Of a stretch of 63,421 bases of DNA, positions 1 to 9,852 are shown piece after piece. The position numbers and the translations under genes were made by a program. Position 1 is the first letter of the stretch, and each line of letters opens with the position of its first letter. This DNA is from Candidatus Obscuribacterales bacterium (GTDB lineage Bacteria > Cyanobacteriota > Vampirovibrionia > Obscuribacterales > Obscuribacteraceae). The notes beneath the pieces were generated by a model. It was not told where the DNA came from. It did not search any database and worked only from the letters and a program-made list of their open reading frames with translations. The stretch is from assembly GCA_020050835.1 (NCBI GenBank), contig JAGVKB010000063.1:1-63421 (forward strand), read 5' to 3'.

Positions 1-273
1 GATTTTTTGTTTCGCAACTCAAACCTACCCAGGCATCGCTGCTTGGCAGGGGAGGTCATCACCAATTTCGAAATTCAACGAGCTTTAGGACAGCGTCTTT
101 TTCATAAAAAAGTGTTGTACATACTATAACTTGTCGTTATTTTCCAAAACAAAAAAGACCCTGGTAGCTACCTATTCTCAAAAGCTACAGAGTTCTCCTG
201 ATTGGTTTGATCAAAAAGCAGTGGCAACGGGACTGCAAACATCACATAACGCTGGTTTTTGTCATGATGCATG

Positions 274-313
274 GCAACAGACCGACAGGCAAGGTGCCCT
301 GTCGGTCTGTTGC
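274..313. repeat. Perfect 16-bp inverted repeat (arms 274-289 and 298-313) with an 8-nt loop: caacagaccgacagg...cctgtcggtctgttg. Stable hairpin about 20 nt beyond the stop of the minus-strand gene 336..1007.
   Basis: Read directly from the sequence. Neither strand has a U-tract after the stem, so a terminator role is only inferred. Confidence 0.5.
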
Positions 314-335
314 GTCCTATCGGCGAAGAACCCAC

Positions 336-1007
336 CTAGAGGTCCAAGTCTATGTCTATGTCGATATCGCCATCGAAGTCGAAGTTGTCGAAGAAATCGA
401 TGTCCGCATCGAACAGGTCGACGGTGAGAATGCCGAGATACATGAACCCGTAGAACAAGAGTGAGAGCCCGCCGAAGAAAAGCGTGATGAAAGCAGCAAG
501 CACTGGACGACTATGCTGCTTGACTTTCTTACGCCTTCCCCGTCGCTGGCGCCGTGATCTCAGTCCGGTTGCCAAAAGGCAGGCGAGCGCACCGGCCGCC
601 AACCACCCCCCGATTACATACAGCCAGATCGGGATGCCGCCGAGTATGCCCCAGACGTTGCCGGTCGACCGTTGCCGCAGGAGATCGTCATCGTTATCAA
701 ATACGCCATCGGGTCCGGCCGACTGAATGATGGCTATCTCCTGAAACCACTTCTGGTGGAAGCGAATCCGGATGTAATTGCCCCAGGGATCCATTTCGGT
801 GATTCCCTCCCGGCGAACAAAACCACCGCTTCCGGACGGCTCGACAGTGCCAGCCCATTTCTCAACGAGCTGATCGGCCTGCTTAAGCTTGCGGGCAGCT
901 TCTTCTTTCTGCTCAGCAGTCTGGGCAAGCCCGATTTTCTCGGCAGCCCACTGGCAGCCTGGCAGAGTCAAGACCCCGACCAGCAACAGAAGCAAGATAA
1001 ATCGCAT
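336..1007 (-). CDS. Lipoprotein with a type II secretion pseudopilin (GspG) C-domain-like core, a C-terminal TM helix and an acidic DxD/DID repeat tail.
   Basis: Start chosen at MRFILLLLLVGVLTLPGC (signal peptide plus LPGC lipobox). The DPWGNYIRI and SAGPDGVFDNDDD motifs resemble the GspG C-terminal DPWGNPY/ADG..DD signature. There is a hydrophobic helix near the C-terminus, and the tail DLFDADIDFFDNFDFDGDIDIDIDLDL is acidic and repetitive. Confidence 0.5.
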   Translation of the reverse strand: MRFILLLLLVGVLTLPGCQWAAEKIGLAQTAEQKEEAARKLKQADQLVEKWAGTVEPSGSGGFVRREGITEMDPWGNYIRIRFHQKWFQEIAIIQSAGPDGVFDNDDDLLRQRSTGNVWGILGGIPIWLYVIGGWLAAGALACLLATGLRSRRQRRGRRKKVKQHSRPVLAAFITLFFGGLSLLFYGFMYLGILTVDLFDADIDFFDNFDFDGDIDIDIDLDL

Positions 1008-1263
1008 GGTGCACCTTTCATTGAATTGCGTGTTGGAAGCAGGCGAGCCGCACAACAAGCCTGCAGGAATGAGAACCTGGTTGACATCGTATCTTTCGTT
1101 TACGAGGCTTCAGCAGTGGTTTGGGCGGCAGTTCTGCCGGTCAAACCACTGCTGAAGAGTGCTTGTTCAAAAGCACACACAAAAGCTGTTTCCGAAGCCG
1201 CCAATGCAAGAACGGCAGCACCAGCCGCGTTGGACCAGTGCTGTCGCTGATCGCGATTCGACG

Positions 1264-3609
1264 TTAGTACCCACGAGCGTTGAGGGCGCCGCGGTAAGAA
1301 GTATCAGCCTGCGAGGCGTAACGCTCGGCTTCCTCCCAGGCACGCTCCTTGTAGTTGGCTTGAGCATCCAGCAGCGCTTGATTGGCGACGCGCATCTTCT
1401 CGGAGATGCTTGCACCGCTGGCGTGCTTACCCAGGCGCTTCTGTTTTAAAGTCGCCTGCTCGATCATCCGGCTCGCCCGGTCGAAGGACTGGCTGTCTGC
1501 GGTTCCAGCCTTGGTTGCTTCACGGGCCAATCTCTTCACCTCCTCGATCTCGGCTTGCAGCCCGCACCAGTTGGCACCACCGACTGCAATCGCCTGCTTG
1601 AGCTCGTCGTAGCGTTTTGAGGCATCCGCCAGGCGGGTCCGAGCCAACCGGCGCGTACACTCGGGGCTACAGGACTGCCTCGCTTCTGAAACTACCAGAG
1701 CAAGCGAGTCCAGCTTATCTACCGCCTTTTCATACTCCTTTTGCTGTTGAGCGATCTGTTCGTCGGCAGCACGGAGTTCATCGGCGCACCGCTGGGCATC
1801 CTTGTCCAGCTGAAGCCAGTCTTCGCATTCCACTGCCACTGCTGCTTCGAGACGGTCGATCTGGCCGACCAGCGCTTGCACTGCTTCAGCCGTTTCACGG
1901 CTGGTGGTAAAGCTGTTCTTGCTCAGCTTCTCGGCCAGCGCGCGCTCTCTGTCACGCAGCGACGACACGGATTCACGGGCGCTCCGTTTGTGCTTCTTGA
2001 GCTGGTTGAGGCGAGCTTCGGCGCGTTGGACAGCAGCAATCGATTGATTGATTCGCTCGAGCAAGCTCTCGATTCGCTCCAATCCAGAGAGGTAATTCTG
2101 GCTCAGATACTCAGATCTGACCGTTTCCAGCTCACGCCCAATCAACAGCTGCTCGGCGGTTCGAAAGCTATCCGCCTCCGCCTGCCAGGTCGATTCGCGC
2201 CCAATCTCCATCAACCTTTGCTTGACCGGAGAGGCGTAATCGAGGGACTTTCGCAGATCGTCCAAACGCTTGTAAGCATCCGTTGCTTCCTCCTCGATTC
2301 GGGCCTTGGCGGACAGCGTCCGGTCGATCAATCGGCCCGCGTCGGAGATGGTCTGGCGAACGGCACGCTGGCGAACCACGTACTCAGCCTCCGGCCTGCC
2401 GCGACCGCTTCGCCGGCGTCTTTCACTACAAGCCTCGCTCGAACGGGGCAGTGCGAGTACAAGCCTGATCGCCTCACCAGCTGAGTCCCGGGCCCGCGTC
2501 ACCAGCAAATCCAGGTCTGCATTTGGCTCACACAGCTTGAAATTCTCGTCTGCAACCGGCTCAACTTGCTCGCGGGCACAGTTGTGGTCGCCTGCGGGAT
2601 CGGCCGGCGGAGCCGGAAATGAGTTGACCACCTTCTGAGCGCGCACACTGGCAATTCTTCCCTCCAGTTGACAGATCTCCTCCTGCACCGCTGACTCCAG
2701 CTCTCGCTTGCAGATGAGTCGCTCCGTCAGCTCGTCTCGCAGCGACCGGCTTTGCTCGCACAGCGACTGCGCATTCTTGCCAGCGGCGAGTGGATCGCCT
2801 GTCATCTCGCGGAGAAACGCCCGGCGCTCCTCCTCCAGCTCAGTGAGGTCCTGTTGATAGACCGGACCGAATCCTGCAGCTAAGAAGGCTTGGTACTGCC
2901 GATTGACCGCCTCCACCGCTTCATTGACGTCGGTCTCAGCCCTGCGGCAATCGTTGATTGCCGTTTGGAGCTTCGCGAAGAGCACTGCAATCGAGGCAAT
3001 CAGACTCTCGGCCACCTGAGCATGCCCGGCTGGCAAATCGCTCATCGTCGAAGGCAGTTGACCGGGGAAAAGTACAGCCTCGAAGGTCAGCTTGTCGCTG
3101 GCGATTAGCCTGGTCGCCTTCCGCAAGGCTCTCATACTGGGAAACTCGCCGCTCTTCTCCAGCACGTGGCGGCTATGGTTGAGACGCCGGTCGAGCGCAT
3201 GCAAACGCGCTCTAAGCTCCCTGACGGCTGAAACCAGCTCTTGGTAGAGCTTAAGCGATTCACCCTTAAACTGCCCCAGGAAGCCCTTCTGATTGCTCAG
3301 ATGACGAGCCACGTCCTGGCGCTCGACAGCCGCCAGTCGATCGCTTACCCCATTTAGCCGTCCTTGCAGTAGATTCGCGGCCGAACGATACCGCGAGGAC
3401 AACAAAGCTCTGACGCCAACAAACAAACCGCCGGCGGTCCCAGCAACGAGCAAGATCGCCAATTCAGGAACGATCAGCACTGAGCACAGCGGTTGACGAT
3501 GTTGGCGCGGACCTGATTCCATCGCCTCTCGCGCCGAAATCGGCCACGAGAAAAGCACGCACAAGGCGCCCAGTCCGATCAGCCAACGCCTGGCATTGAC
3601 TCGTGTCAT
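1264..3609 (-). CDS. Large (781 aa) membrane-anchored coiled-coil protein, function unknown.
   Basis: Long ORF with an N-terminal hydrophobic segment (LIGLGALCVLF, LAILLVAGTAGGLFVGV) followed by about 700 aa dominated by heptad-like E/R/Q/L-rich sequence. No Walker A motif, so not an SMC ATPase. Confidence 0.55.
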   Translation of the reverse strand: MTRVNARRWLIGLGALCVLFSWPISAREAMESGPRQHRQPLCSVLIVPELAILLVAGTAGGLFVGVRALLSSRYRSAANLLQGRLNGVSDRLAAVERQDVARHLSNQKGFLGQFKGESLKLYQELVSAVRELRARLHALDRRLNHSRHVLEKSGEFPSMRALRKATRLIASDKLTFEAVLFPGQLPSTMSDLPAGHAQVAESLIASIAVLFAKLQTAINDCRRAETDVNEAVEAVNRQYQAFLAAGFGPVYQQDLTELEEERRAFLREMTGDPLAAGKNAQSLCEQSRSLRDELTERLICKRELESAVQEEICQLEGRIASVRAQKVVNSFPAPPADPAGDHNCAREQVEPVADENFKLCEPNADLDLLVTRARDSAGEAIRLVLALPRSSEACSERRRRSGRGRPEAEYVVRQRAVRQTISDAGRLIDRTLSAKARIEEEATDAYKRLDDLRKSLDYASPVKQRLMEIGRESTWQAEADSFRTAEQLLIGRELETVRSEYLSQNYLSGLERIESLLERINQSIAAVQRAEARLNQLKKHKRSARESVSSLRDRERALAEKLSKNSFTTSRETAEAVQALVGQIDRLEAAVAVECEDWLQLDKDAQRCADELRAADEQIAQQQKEYEKAVDKLDSLALVVSEARQSCSPECTRRLARTRLADASKRYDELKQAIAVGGANWCGLQAEIEEVKRLAREATKAGTADSQSFDRASRMIEQATLKQKRLGKHASGASISEKMRVANQALLDAQANYKERAWEEAERYASQADTSYRGALNARGY

Positions 3610-4212
3610 TTGAGACTCCTCTCTTGAAGGAAGCAGAATGTAAGTCTTTCGGCACCATCAACCAGACCGTCATAACCTGCACCAACGCTAGCGCTGGCTT
3701 GGAGTTCGGAGACAACTCGGGGCTGGTTACTTCGGGACTTCGGTGTCGATCGCTCGATTTTGTTTTCAACAGGTACCGTTCAACGATACGCAAGTTTGGT
3801 ATGACAAAACAAATCACTTCTTTAGAAACTGCAATACCAGTTACAACCAAACAAAAGCACCGGCAAAACAAGAATTTTCAACAGTGCTGTCCGTCGCCGC
3901 CAACTTACTTGGGATAAACAGCAAGGCTCGCAGGCCGGGATCGTTCAGCTTGTCTTACCAGGCAGCTCTAAAGCTCCCTAGCGGAGCTGGCAAAAGCCAA
4001 GATCAGCCATGAATCTCCAGTCCCGATCCTTAAACAACACTTAGAACGTTTCGGTTCGGAATTCCCTTGCATTCAATTCAACCTGGCCGGAGTCGCGCTC
4101 GTTATCAACGGGAGTAAACTTAAACCGGAGGGTATCCTTGTCTGGGCGCAAATCTGGCGCACGGTGACAGGGTAGCACTACATTTGATACCGCAACACGA
4201 CGAGGATCTACC

Positions 4213-4623
4213 ATGAGCTCGCCAATCAATTTCAAGTACGGAAGAATTCCCGCTGAAACTGTACGGCTGGTCGAAGTCTGCGCCAACACAACTCGCGAAC
4301 GTATTTCAAACGCACTACCACCAAGTGCCAGTCCCGAGATTATTGCATTTACCGTTCAAGCGGTCCTTGATACTGTCCTCAAAGACTGGCTACTGAATGA
4401 GAACACTGCCGGCCCCGACGAAGATGATTGGCAGGACATTGCTAGCTTCGTCAAGCTGGCTGTTTCGCTTGCACAGCCGGATCTAAACGATCGTGGTTTG
4501 CCTGTTTATCAAGCGACTCTGAACGGGCTTCTGTCAGATTGGCTCTATAACTGGAACTCCGACTCAGAAGAAGCAAGCAATCTCGAACCGGAGAAGAGAA
4601 AACGCGAGCATTCAGGTGCATAA
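4213..4623 (+). CDS. Hypothetical protein, paralog A of a tandem pair.
   Basis: ORF whose C-terminal half (LKDWLLNENTAGPDEDDWQDIASFVKLA...LNGLLSDWLYNWNSD) is clearly homologous to the C-terminal half of the next ORF. Confidence 0.45.
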   Translation: MSSPINFKYGRIPAETVRLVEVCANTTRERISNALPPSASPEIIAFTVQAVLDTVLKDWLLNENTAGPDEDDWQDIASFVKLAVSLAQPDLNDRGLPVYQATLNGLLSDWLYNWNSDSEEASNLEPEKRKREHSGA

Positions 4624-5127
4624 ATGGACCAGTGCATTGATTGTTACCTGCGGATAACTGGCAGCTCGACTGCCTCGTGGTTGCTCCTTGCCTTGCTGAT
4701 CGTGTTCGTGTCAGCCTGGTTTCTTAAAGCATCCGGTAAAGCTCGCCGATCAGCCACACGGTCGCAATTCGGGCGAGTATCCAGGCAGACCGCAACGCTT
4801 TTGGCCCAGCACGTCGGTTACATCGACGGGCCCATGCTCAACGCCCTGCCGGTCGGTGCGTCCGGCGCGATGAGAGCATTGACGGTAAGACTGGTCTTGG
4901 AACACACGCTTGAAGACTGGTGGCGCAACGGCAATACCACCGGTCTCGACTCAGCCGACCTCGATGATCTCAGAGGCTTTATTCGACTCGCCGGTCACGT
5001 AGCCGGGCCAGGATTTCGCCATGAGGAGTTAGCAATCTATCGCGCAGTCTTGACCAATCTATTGCAAGATTGGCTTCACAACTGGAATGTCGACGGAGTA
5101 GATGGTCCTCCAAAACTGACTGGCTAA
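4624..5127 (+). CDS. Hypothetical protein, paralog B of the tandem pair, with an N-terminal TM helix.
   Basis: Immediately adjacent ORF. It has an N-terminal hydrophobic helix (WLLLALLIVFVSAWFL) and a C-terminus LEDWWRNGNTTGLDSADLDDLRGFIRLA...LTNLLQDWLHNWNVDG that parallels paralog A. Confidence 0.45.
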   Translation: MDQCIDCYLRITGSSTASWLLLALLIVFVSAWFLKASGKARRSATRSQFGRVSRQTATLLAQHVGYIDGPMLNALPVGASGAMRALTVRLVLEHTLEDWWRNGNTTGLDSADLDDLRGFIRLAGHVAGPGFRHEELAIYRAVLTNLLQDWLHNWNVDGVDGPPKLTG

Positions 5128-5293
5128 CTAAGAATTATGGCAGGGGCGGCTAACCCAATAGCTTGGGTTTGGCTTGGCTAATATTATCTTCTATAGTTGT
5201 ATTTTTAAACAAAAAATGCAAAGCGAATTGCTGATGCCATAAGCCTTTTACGCTCCCAGGCACCGATTGAATCGGCATGCCAAAGCCGGCGGT

Positions 5294-5332
5294 AGTTGGC
5301 GGAGTCAGTAATTTCTACCGACTCCGCCAACT
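5294..5332. repeat. 13-bp perfect inverted repeat (agttggcggagtc / gactccgccaact) with a 13-nt loop, lying between the convergent genes 4624..5127 and the serpin gene.
   Basis: Seen in sequence. Possible bidirectional terminator, but no flanking U-tract. Confidence 0.4.
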
Positions 5333-5487
5333 CGAAGCTACCGCAGTGGCAGCTCCTGACCGCTGCTTCGACGCTCGGCAGACCAGCTTTAGAAGCCGCT
5401 CTGCTTAAGTTGGAAGCACTTTTTCTTGCTGCGACTCGACACACTACTCTACCGGCGGGATGAATCGAGTCGTACCAGCTTGCCTGC

Positions 5488-6615
5488 TTACGGGGTTACG
5501 ACAACGCCCGCGAACAGGATGGCGCCGGTGCTCTCATCGGCCAGGACGGCCAGGAAAGGCCGGTCCACCCGCATCCGCCAGGTCTGCACGACGCACTCGA
5601 AGCCCATGCCGACCGATGTTACCGCCGCCGCCTCACCGCCTTCCTCGTCGAAGCGAGCGAAGGTCTTGTGCTTCACTTCGGAGATGAAGAGCTTGGGCGG
5701 TTGGCTGCGCAGGCCGCTGAAGTCGGCACCGTTGTCGAACGCTTCACCCATGCCGAGCGCCTTCAGAGAATCGTTCAGCTGGGCGTCGTAGTTGAGCTCG
5801 AAGCGCGGCAACCAGAGGTGGCCGTCCGCTTCGTAGAGCTGCTTGCAAGCAGCCAGGAACTTGTCGCCATCCATCTGAGCGAGCAAGTCGTTGACCGACT
5901 TGCCCTCCGCGGGCAGCATGACATACAGGCTGATGCGCTTGGCCTCGCCGAACGGCAGCGCCACCATCTGATAGCTTTCGTCTTCCGACTGCATGTGCCG
6001 CATTTCGGCATGGCGATACATGAGCGGATGCTGCTTGCTGCCGCCGGCCGCAGCAAACGGCTGGTCGGAGGTTTTGGACTTGTCAAACTTGCTCGTCCAC
6101 TCGCCCTTGAAATAGACGGCATTGAGAAGATACATCACCACCTGCGGGTCGAGCACCTTGAGAATGGTCGGAATCTTGCCGTTGGTGTTGTCGTTGGCCC
6201 ACTTGTTGATCGCTTCGAGCGTCTCGGGCTCCGCGAAGTCGGAGACGTTGACCGCGGCCTTGAAGTACTTCCAGTTGGTCGTCAGGAAGTCCGGATCGAA
6301 CTCGAAGCCTTCCTGCGCCCAGATTGCATTGGCAACCGCAAGCTTGACGCCCAGCTTGCTGCCCTTGAGCTCGGCCAGGAGATTGGCGTAAGCCTGGTTG
6401 TTGGCCGCGTTCTGGTCACCGTTGTCCGGCAGACCGAGCGCGCTCAGCATGCCGGCAAGAGTGCTGTTGCGGGCGCCGTTGGCGGTCATGGCTAGGGCCA
6501 CCGACACCGAAAGCGGAGAGACCAGAACGTTTTCGCTGGGATGGGCGGCGGCTTCCTTCTTGAGGAGAGCGAAGCCGAACTTGGCAGTGGGAGCGGTCGC
6601 GGTTTGCTTTTCCAT
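5488..6615 (-). CDS. Serpin (serine protease inhibitor family I4).
   Basis: N-terminal serpin motif NVLVSPLSVSVALAM. Hinge/reactive-centre-loop motif FDEEGGEAAAVTSVG matches the inhibitory hinge EEGTEAAAAT. C-terminal FDRPFL serpin signature. Length 375 aa. Confidence 0.85.
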   Translation of the reverse strand: MEKQTATAPTAKFGFALLKKEAAAHPSENVLVSPLSVSVALAMTANGARNSTLAGMLSALGLPDNGDQNAANNQAYANLLAELKGSKLGVKLAVANAIWAQEGFEFDPDFLTTNWKYFKAAVNVSDFAEPETLEAINKWANDNTNGKIPTILKVLDPQVVMYLLNAVYFKGEWTSKFDKSKTSDQPFAAAGGSKQHPLMYRHAEMRHMQSEDESYQMVALPFGEAKRISLYVMLPAEGKSVNDLLAQMDGDKFLAACKQLYEADGHLWLPRFELNYDAQLNDSLKALGMGEAFDNGADFSGLRSQPPKLFISEVKHKTFARFDEEGGEAAAVTSVGMGFECVVQTWRMRVDRPFLAVLADESTGAILFAGVVVTP

Positions 6616-6748
6616 GGTTCAATTTCCTTCTTACTGGATACCAGGTCACTTAGCCGGACTTACATTGAAACCGGCCAAGTGACAGATGCAGCGGCATCGC
6701 CATACGAAGCGATGCCAATCGAGAGAATGCGAACGCGAGAGATGGACG

Positions 6749-8146
6749 CTAGCCGGGAAGCACGTCCGCAGCAGGCGTTTCTTCCGGCGGGTGTGGCGGT
6801 AGCTTTTCGACTGCGAGCACTGCAATCGCCCGGTGATTCATCTCCGCCACTGTGTACTTGTAGCCGTCGCTGACGACGGAATCACCCGCCTCCGGCTGCC
6901 GGCCGAGCAGCTCGATAACGGCTCCGGCGATCGTGATGCAAGTGGTGCATTCGAGTGTGGTGCCGAGATCCTTCTTAATTTCCAGCAACGTGAGGTCTCC
7001 CTTCACGCGCCAGCTGCCCTCCGAGATCTTTTGCACACCCGGATTGGGAGTATCGTGCTCGTCCCAGATATCACCGATCAGATGCTCGACCAGATCTTTG
7101 AGCGTAATCACGCCGGATGTGCCACCGAACTCATCGAGCACGATTGCAACTTGCGTTCTTTTCGCTCGCATTTCATTGAGCACCCTACCGGCCGGCATCG
7201 ATTCGGGCACGAGATGAACCTGCCGCAGATAGGAGGAGAGGCGAAACTCCTTGCCACCGCATGCGCCACCAGCGGCCGGGGCGCTGCGCTCCTTTTCCAG
7301 CCAGAGCTCGAACAGGTCAAGCGAATTGAGCAACCCGATCACGTTGTCATCATTGCCTCGATAGACGAGCACTCGCGTCTTCTTCGCCCTGGACACGGCG
7401 GCGATCACTTCCAACAGCGTGGAGCCGTCGGGAATTGCCACCATCTTGGTGCGAGGCACCATCACCTGCTTGGCGGTCAGCTCGTGCAGGTCGAGCGCGC
7501 GCTGCAGCCTGTCTGTCAACGTTGCATCAAGTTGACCAGCCTTTCGGCTGGCTTCGAAGAGGATCTCAAACTCCTCCGGGGAGTGGACTGCATACTGCTC
7601 GCCTGTCTGCTCCGGTAAGCGCATCAGCTTCAGCACGGCTCCGGCCAGGCTGTTCATTACCCACAAAAGCGGGTAAGTCATCGTGCAGAAAATCTTGAGC
7701 GGGCTAGCCATCGTGAGAGCCGTCTTCTCCGGCAGCCTGAGCGCCCATGATTTTGCGACTTGCTCGCCGATGATCACGTGGAGCATGCTCAAGACCAGAA
7801 ACGACAGTATGAATGCGATTCCACCTGGAGGCTCGAAGCCGGTCAGCCCAGGAACAGATCGCAGAATCATGAGTACGACTTCGTGAACCGAGTTCTCCCC
7901 GATCCAGCCGAGAGCCAGACTCATCAGCGTAATACCAAGCTGCGTACCGGCGATGGTGGTTCCCATCTCCTTTTGCAGACCCTGGACTGTTTGCGCGGCC
8001 CGATCTCCCTTGTCCACCAGTTCTTGAACACGGCTCCGTCGCAGCTTCACGAGTGCATACTCGGTCGCCACGAACAGTGCATTCAAGACCAGAAACAGGG
8101 CTGTCAGTCCGAGCCAGAGGAACAAAGTTCCAAGAGACATTGCCAT
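6749..8146 (-). CDS. CorC/HlyC (CNNM) family transporter-associated protein: DUF21 transmembrane domain, CBS pair and CorC_HlyC C-terminal domain.
   Basis: Start chosen at MAMSLGTLFLWLGLTALFLV (TM). Typical DUF21 opening (ATEYALVKLRRSRVQELV) and CBS-domain hallmarks (DEFGGTSGVITLKDLVEHLIGDIWDEHD). Length about 465 aa. Confidence 0.8.
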   Translation of the reverse strand: MAMSLGTLFLWLGLTALFLVLNALFVATEYALVKLRRSRVQELVDKGDRAAQTVQGLQKEMGTTIAGTQLGITLMSLALGWIGENSVHEVVLMILRSVPGLTGFEPPGGIAFILSFLVLSMLHVIIGEQVAKSWALRLPEKTALTMASPLKIFCTMTYPLLWVMNSLAGAVLKLMRLPEQTGEQYAVHSPEEFEILFEASRKAGQLDATLTDRLQRALDLHELTAKQVMVPRTKMVAIPDGSTLLEVIAAVSRAKKTRVLVYRGNDDNVIGLLNSLDLFELWLEKERSAPAAGGACGGKEFRLSSYLRQVHLVPESMPAGRVLNEMRAKRTQVAIVLDEFGGTSGVITLKDLVEHLIGDIWDEHDTPNPGVQKISEGSWRVKGDLTLLEIKKDLGTTLECTTCITIAGAVIELLGRQPEAGDSVVSDGYKYTVAEMNHRAIAVLAVEKLPPHPPEETPAADVLPG

Positions 8147-8584
8147 TGTCACCCTCCACGGGTTTTCACCGACTTGAGCTTTGCAATCACGTTTCAAGCG
8201 TCAGCACCTGCCGGCGAATAGCTCGCGACCAACGGTGTAAATCCGTCCGGCGCGTTATCTCCACTCTGCAGGTTCTGGCCAGCTCTTTCCAATTCAGGCG
8301 TCAGAACACAGACACGCGAAGCTTGCTGCCATCACGGTGCCTGATTCTGTACTTGTGTGTTTAATAGCCTTTCTTGTTTGGACGAAACCGATTCGAATTG
8401 TTCTTTACACTAAAAATACTCTTCGAGCATAAGTGACATGGGTTTTCAGCTTCAATCAAGAGATCTGTCTTCTAACCCAATTGATGGTTTTCTTCTGTTC
8501 ATGACTAGCGCGAGCTCACAAGAGCGCTGACGTCTTGTATACTCCTGCTCTGCTCCCCAACACCATTTCCGGGAAACTACATCG

Positions 8585-9550
8585 ATGCGATCACCCCTTG
8601 TCTACTCACCGCGATACAACACATCTTTATCCCAGTTTGGGATCGACAAACCGTTTGCGCTCGATCGCGGGCAGAGTGTTCTCGAAAGATTGTCAGAAGA
8701 ATTCGGAGAGGACTTCCCGTACGAGTTGCCCGCACCGGTCGAGCTTGATGATGTACTACTGGTGCACACCGAACGATACCTGAAGAGCTTGAGCGATCCA
8801 AATGTGTGGATCGAGATAATGGAGTTCAAAGGCGCTGAATACAGGCCGGAAGAAGCAACCAGACCGCTCAATGAGTTGATCGACGATATTCTCCTGAAAT
8901 GCGGCGGCACGCTGTTGGCGGCTGAGATTGCGCTCGAACAAGGGCTCTCCGCCAATCTCGGCGGTGGTTATCACCACGCCTTTCCTGATTGTGGGCGAGG
9001 ATTCTGCGTCCTGCACGACATTGCCATCGCGGCACGCTCACTGCAGAAGCGAAATCTCTGCAAAAGCATAATGATTGTCGATCTGGACTTTCATCAGGGT
9101 GACGGCACAGCCTTAGTCTTTTCCGGCGACCCGAGCGTCTACACGTTGTCCGTACATTCGGAAGAAGGCTGGCCGGAGGAAAAGCAAAGGAGCGATCTCG
9201 ATGTCTCGATTCGCAGCGACGAAACGCATCTCTACCTGGAAAAGGCAAAGCAATCGCTCCTGAAGGCTCTGGACGAATTCGAGCCAGAACTGTGCATCTA
9301 TGTCGCAGGCAGCGATCCTTACGAACTAGACGTCCTGCCCGGAACGAGCTTTATAAAGCTCGACCTGGAACAGATGCGCGCTCGCGACGAGTTTGTGATC
9401 GACACGTTCGCAGACAGGAAGATTCCCCTCACATCAGTGTTTGCAGGCGGCTACGGACCGGATGTTTGGCACGTTCACTACTGGGCCACACGACACATGC
9501 TCGTGCGCGCGGGAGCGCTCCCAAATGTACCAGCCGGTCATTCCACCTAA
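8585..9550 (+). CDS. Histone deacetylase-superfamily (arginase/deacetylase fold) enzyme, AcuC/HDAC-like.
   Basis: Motifs GGGYHHAFPDCGRGFCVLHDIAIA and IVDLDFHQGDGT (Zn-binding Asp/His) are diagnostic of the HDAC family. Opening YSPRY is typical of the family. Confidence 0.8.
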   Translation: MRSPLVYSPRYNTSLSQFGIDKPFALDRGQSVLERLSEEFGEDFPYELPAPVELDDVLLVHTERYLKSLSDPNVWIEIMEFKGAEYRPEEATRPLNELIDDILLKCGGTLLAAEIALEQGLSANLGGGYHHAFPDCGRGFCVLHDIAIAARSLQKRNLCKSIMIVDLDFHQGDGTALVFSGDPSVYTLSVHSEEGWPEEKQRSDLDVSIRSDETHLYLEKAKQSLLKALDEFEPELCIYVAGSDPYELDVLPGTSFIKLDLEQMRARDEFVIDTFADRKIPLTSVFAGGYGPDVWHVHYWATRHMLVRAGALPNVPAGHST

Positions 9551-9800
9551 CTAAACTACTAGTTCCGAATCTAAAATTCTGAAAACCAGTGGCTGGACGG
9601 CTGCCAGAGCCGCCCATACAAGCAGCCACAGCACTGCCTTTCAAGCGTTCTGTCTTGACAAAACAAACGGTATCTACACACGCTTTCGCCCGCACACATG
9701 CATAGCATTGCTGTTCCAGCCGAAAATGACAAAAAGCGCTGAGAACGATGCTGAGTGTAATCTGCGTCAGATTTTCGCTGAATGAAGTGATTTTTGCCGT

Positions 9801-9845
9801 GCAAAGGAAGGGGATAGAGGCTCTTCGCCCATCCCCTTCCTTTGC
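9801..9845. repeat. 15-bp perfect inverted repeat (gcaaaggaaggggat / atccccttcctttgc) with a 15-nt loop, 8 nt downstream of the MFS gene stop.
   Basis: Seen in sequence. Terminator-like stem-loop without a U-tract. Confidence 0.45.
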
Positions 9846-9852
9846 GTAACTA

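Noticed and set aside
3464-3871. 135-aa ORF overlapping the 5' end of the 781-aa coiled-coil gene.
   Set aside because: It overlaps the start region of a much better-supported gene, has no RBS or motif, and its composition looks non-coding.
5668-6495. Long antisense ORFs inside confidently assigned genes. Examples: 5668..6495 opposite the serpin; 12372..13529 and 13670..14650 opposite the PaaK-like and nitroreductase genes; 22697..24007 opposite the flotillin; 24865..27300 opposite the HExxH protein; 29802..32159 opposite fadE; 33302..34906 opposite pepN; 37296..38876 opposite the GltS-like gene.
   Set aside because: High GC content suppresses stop codons on the antisense strand. The translations are Arg/Ala/Gly-rich and low-complexity, and the sense-strand genes have clear family motifs.
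8365-8584. Sigma-70-like promoter upstream of the HDAC-like gene (tgacgt ... tatact).
   Set aside because: The spacing between the candidate -35 and -10 hexamers is far too short, so I do not report a promoter.
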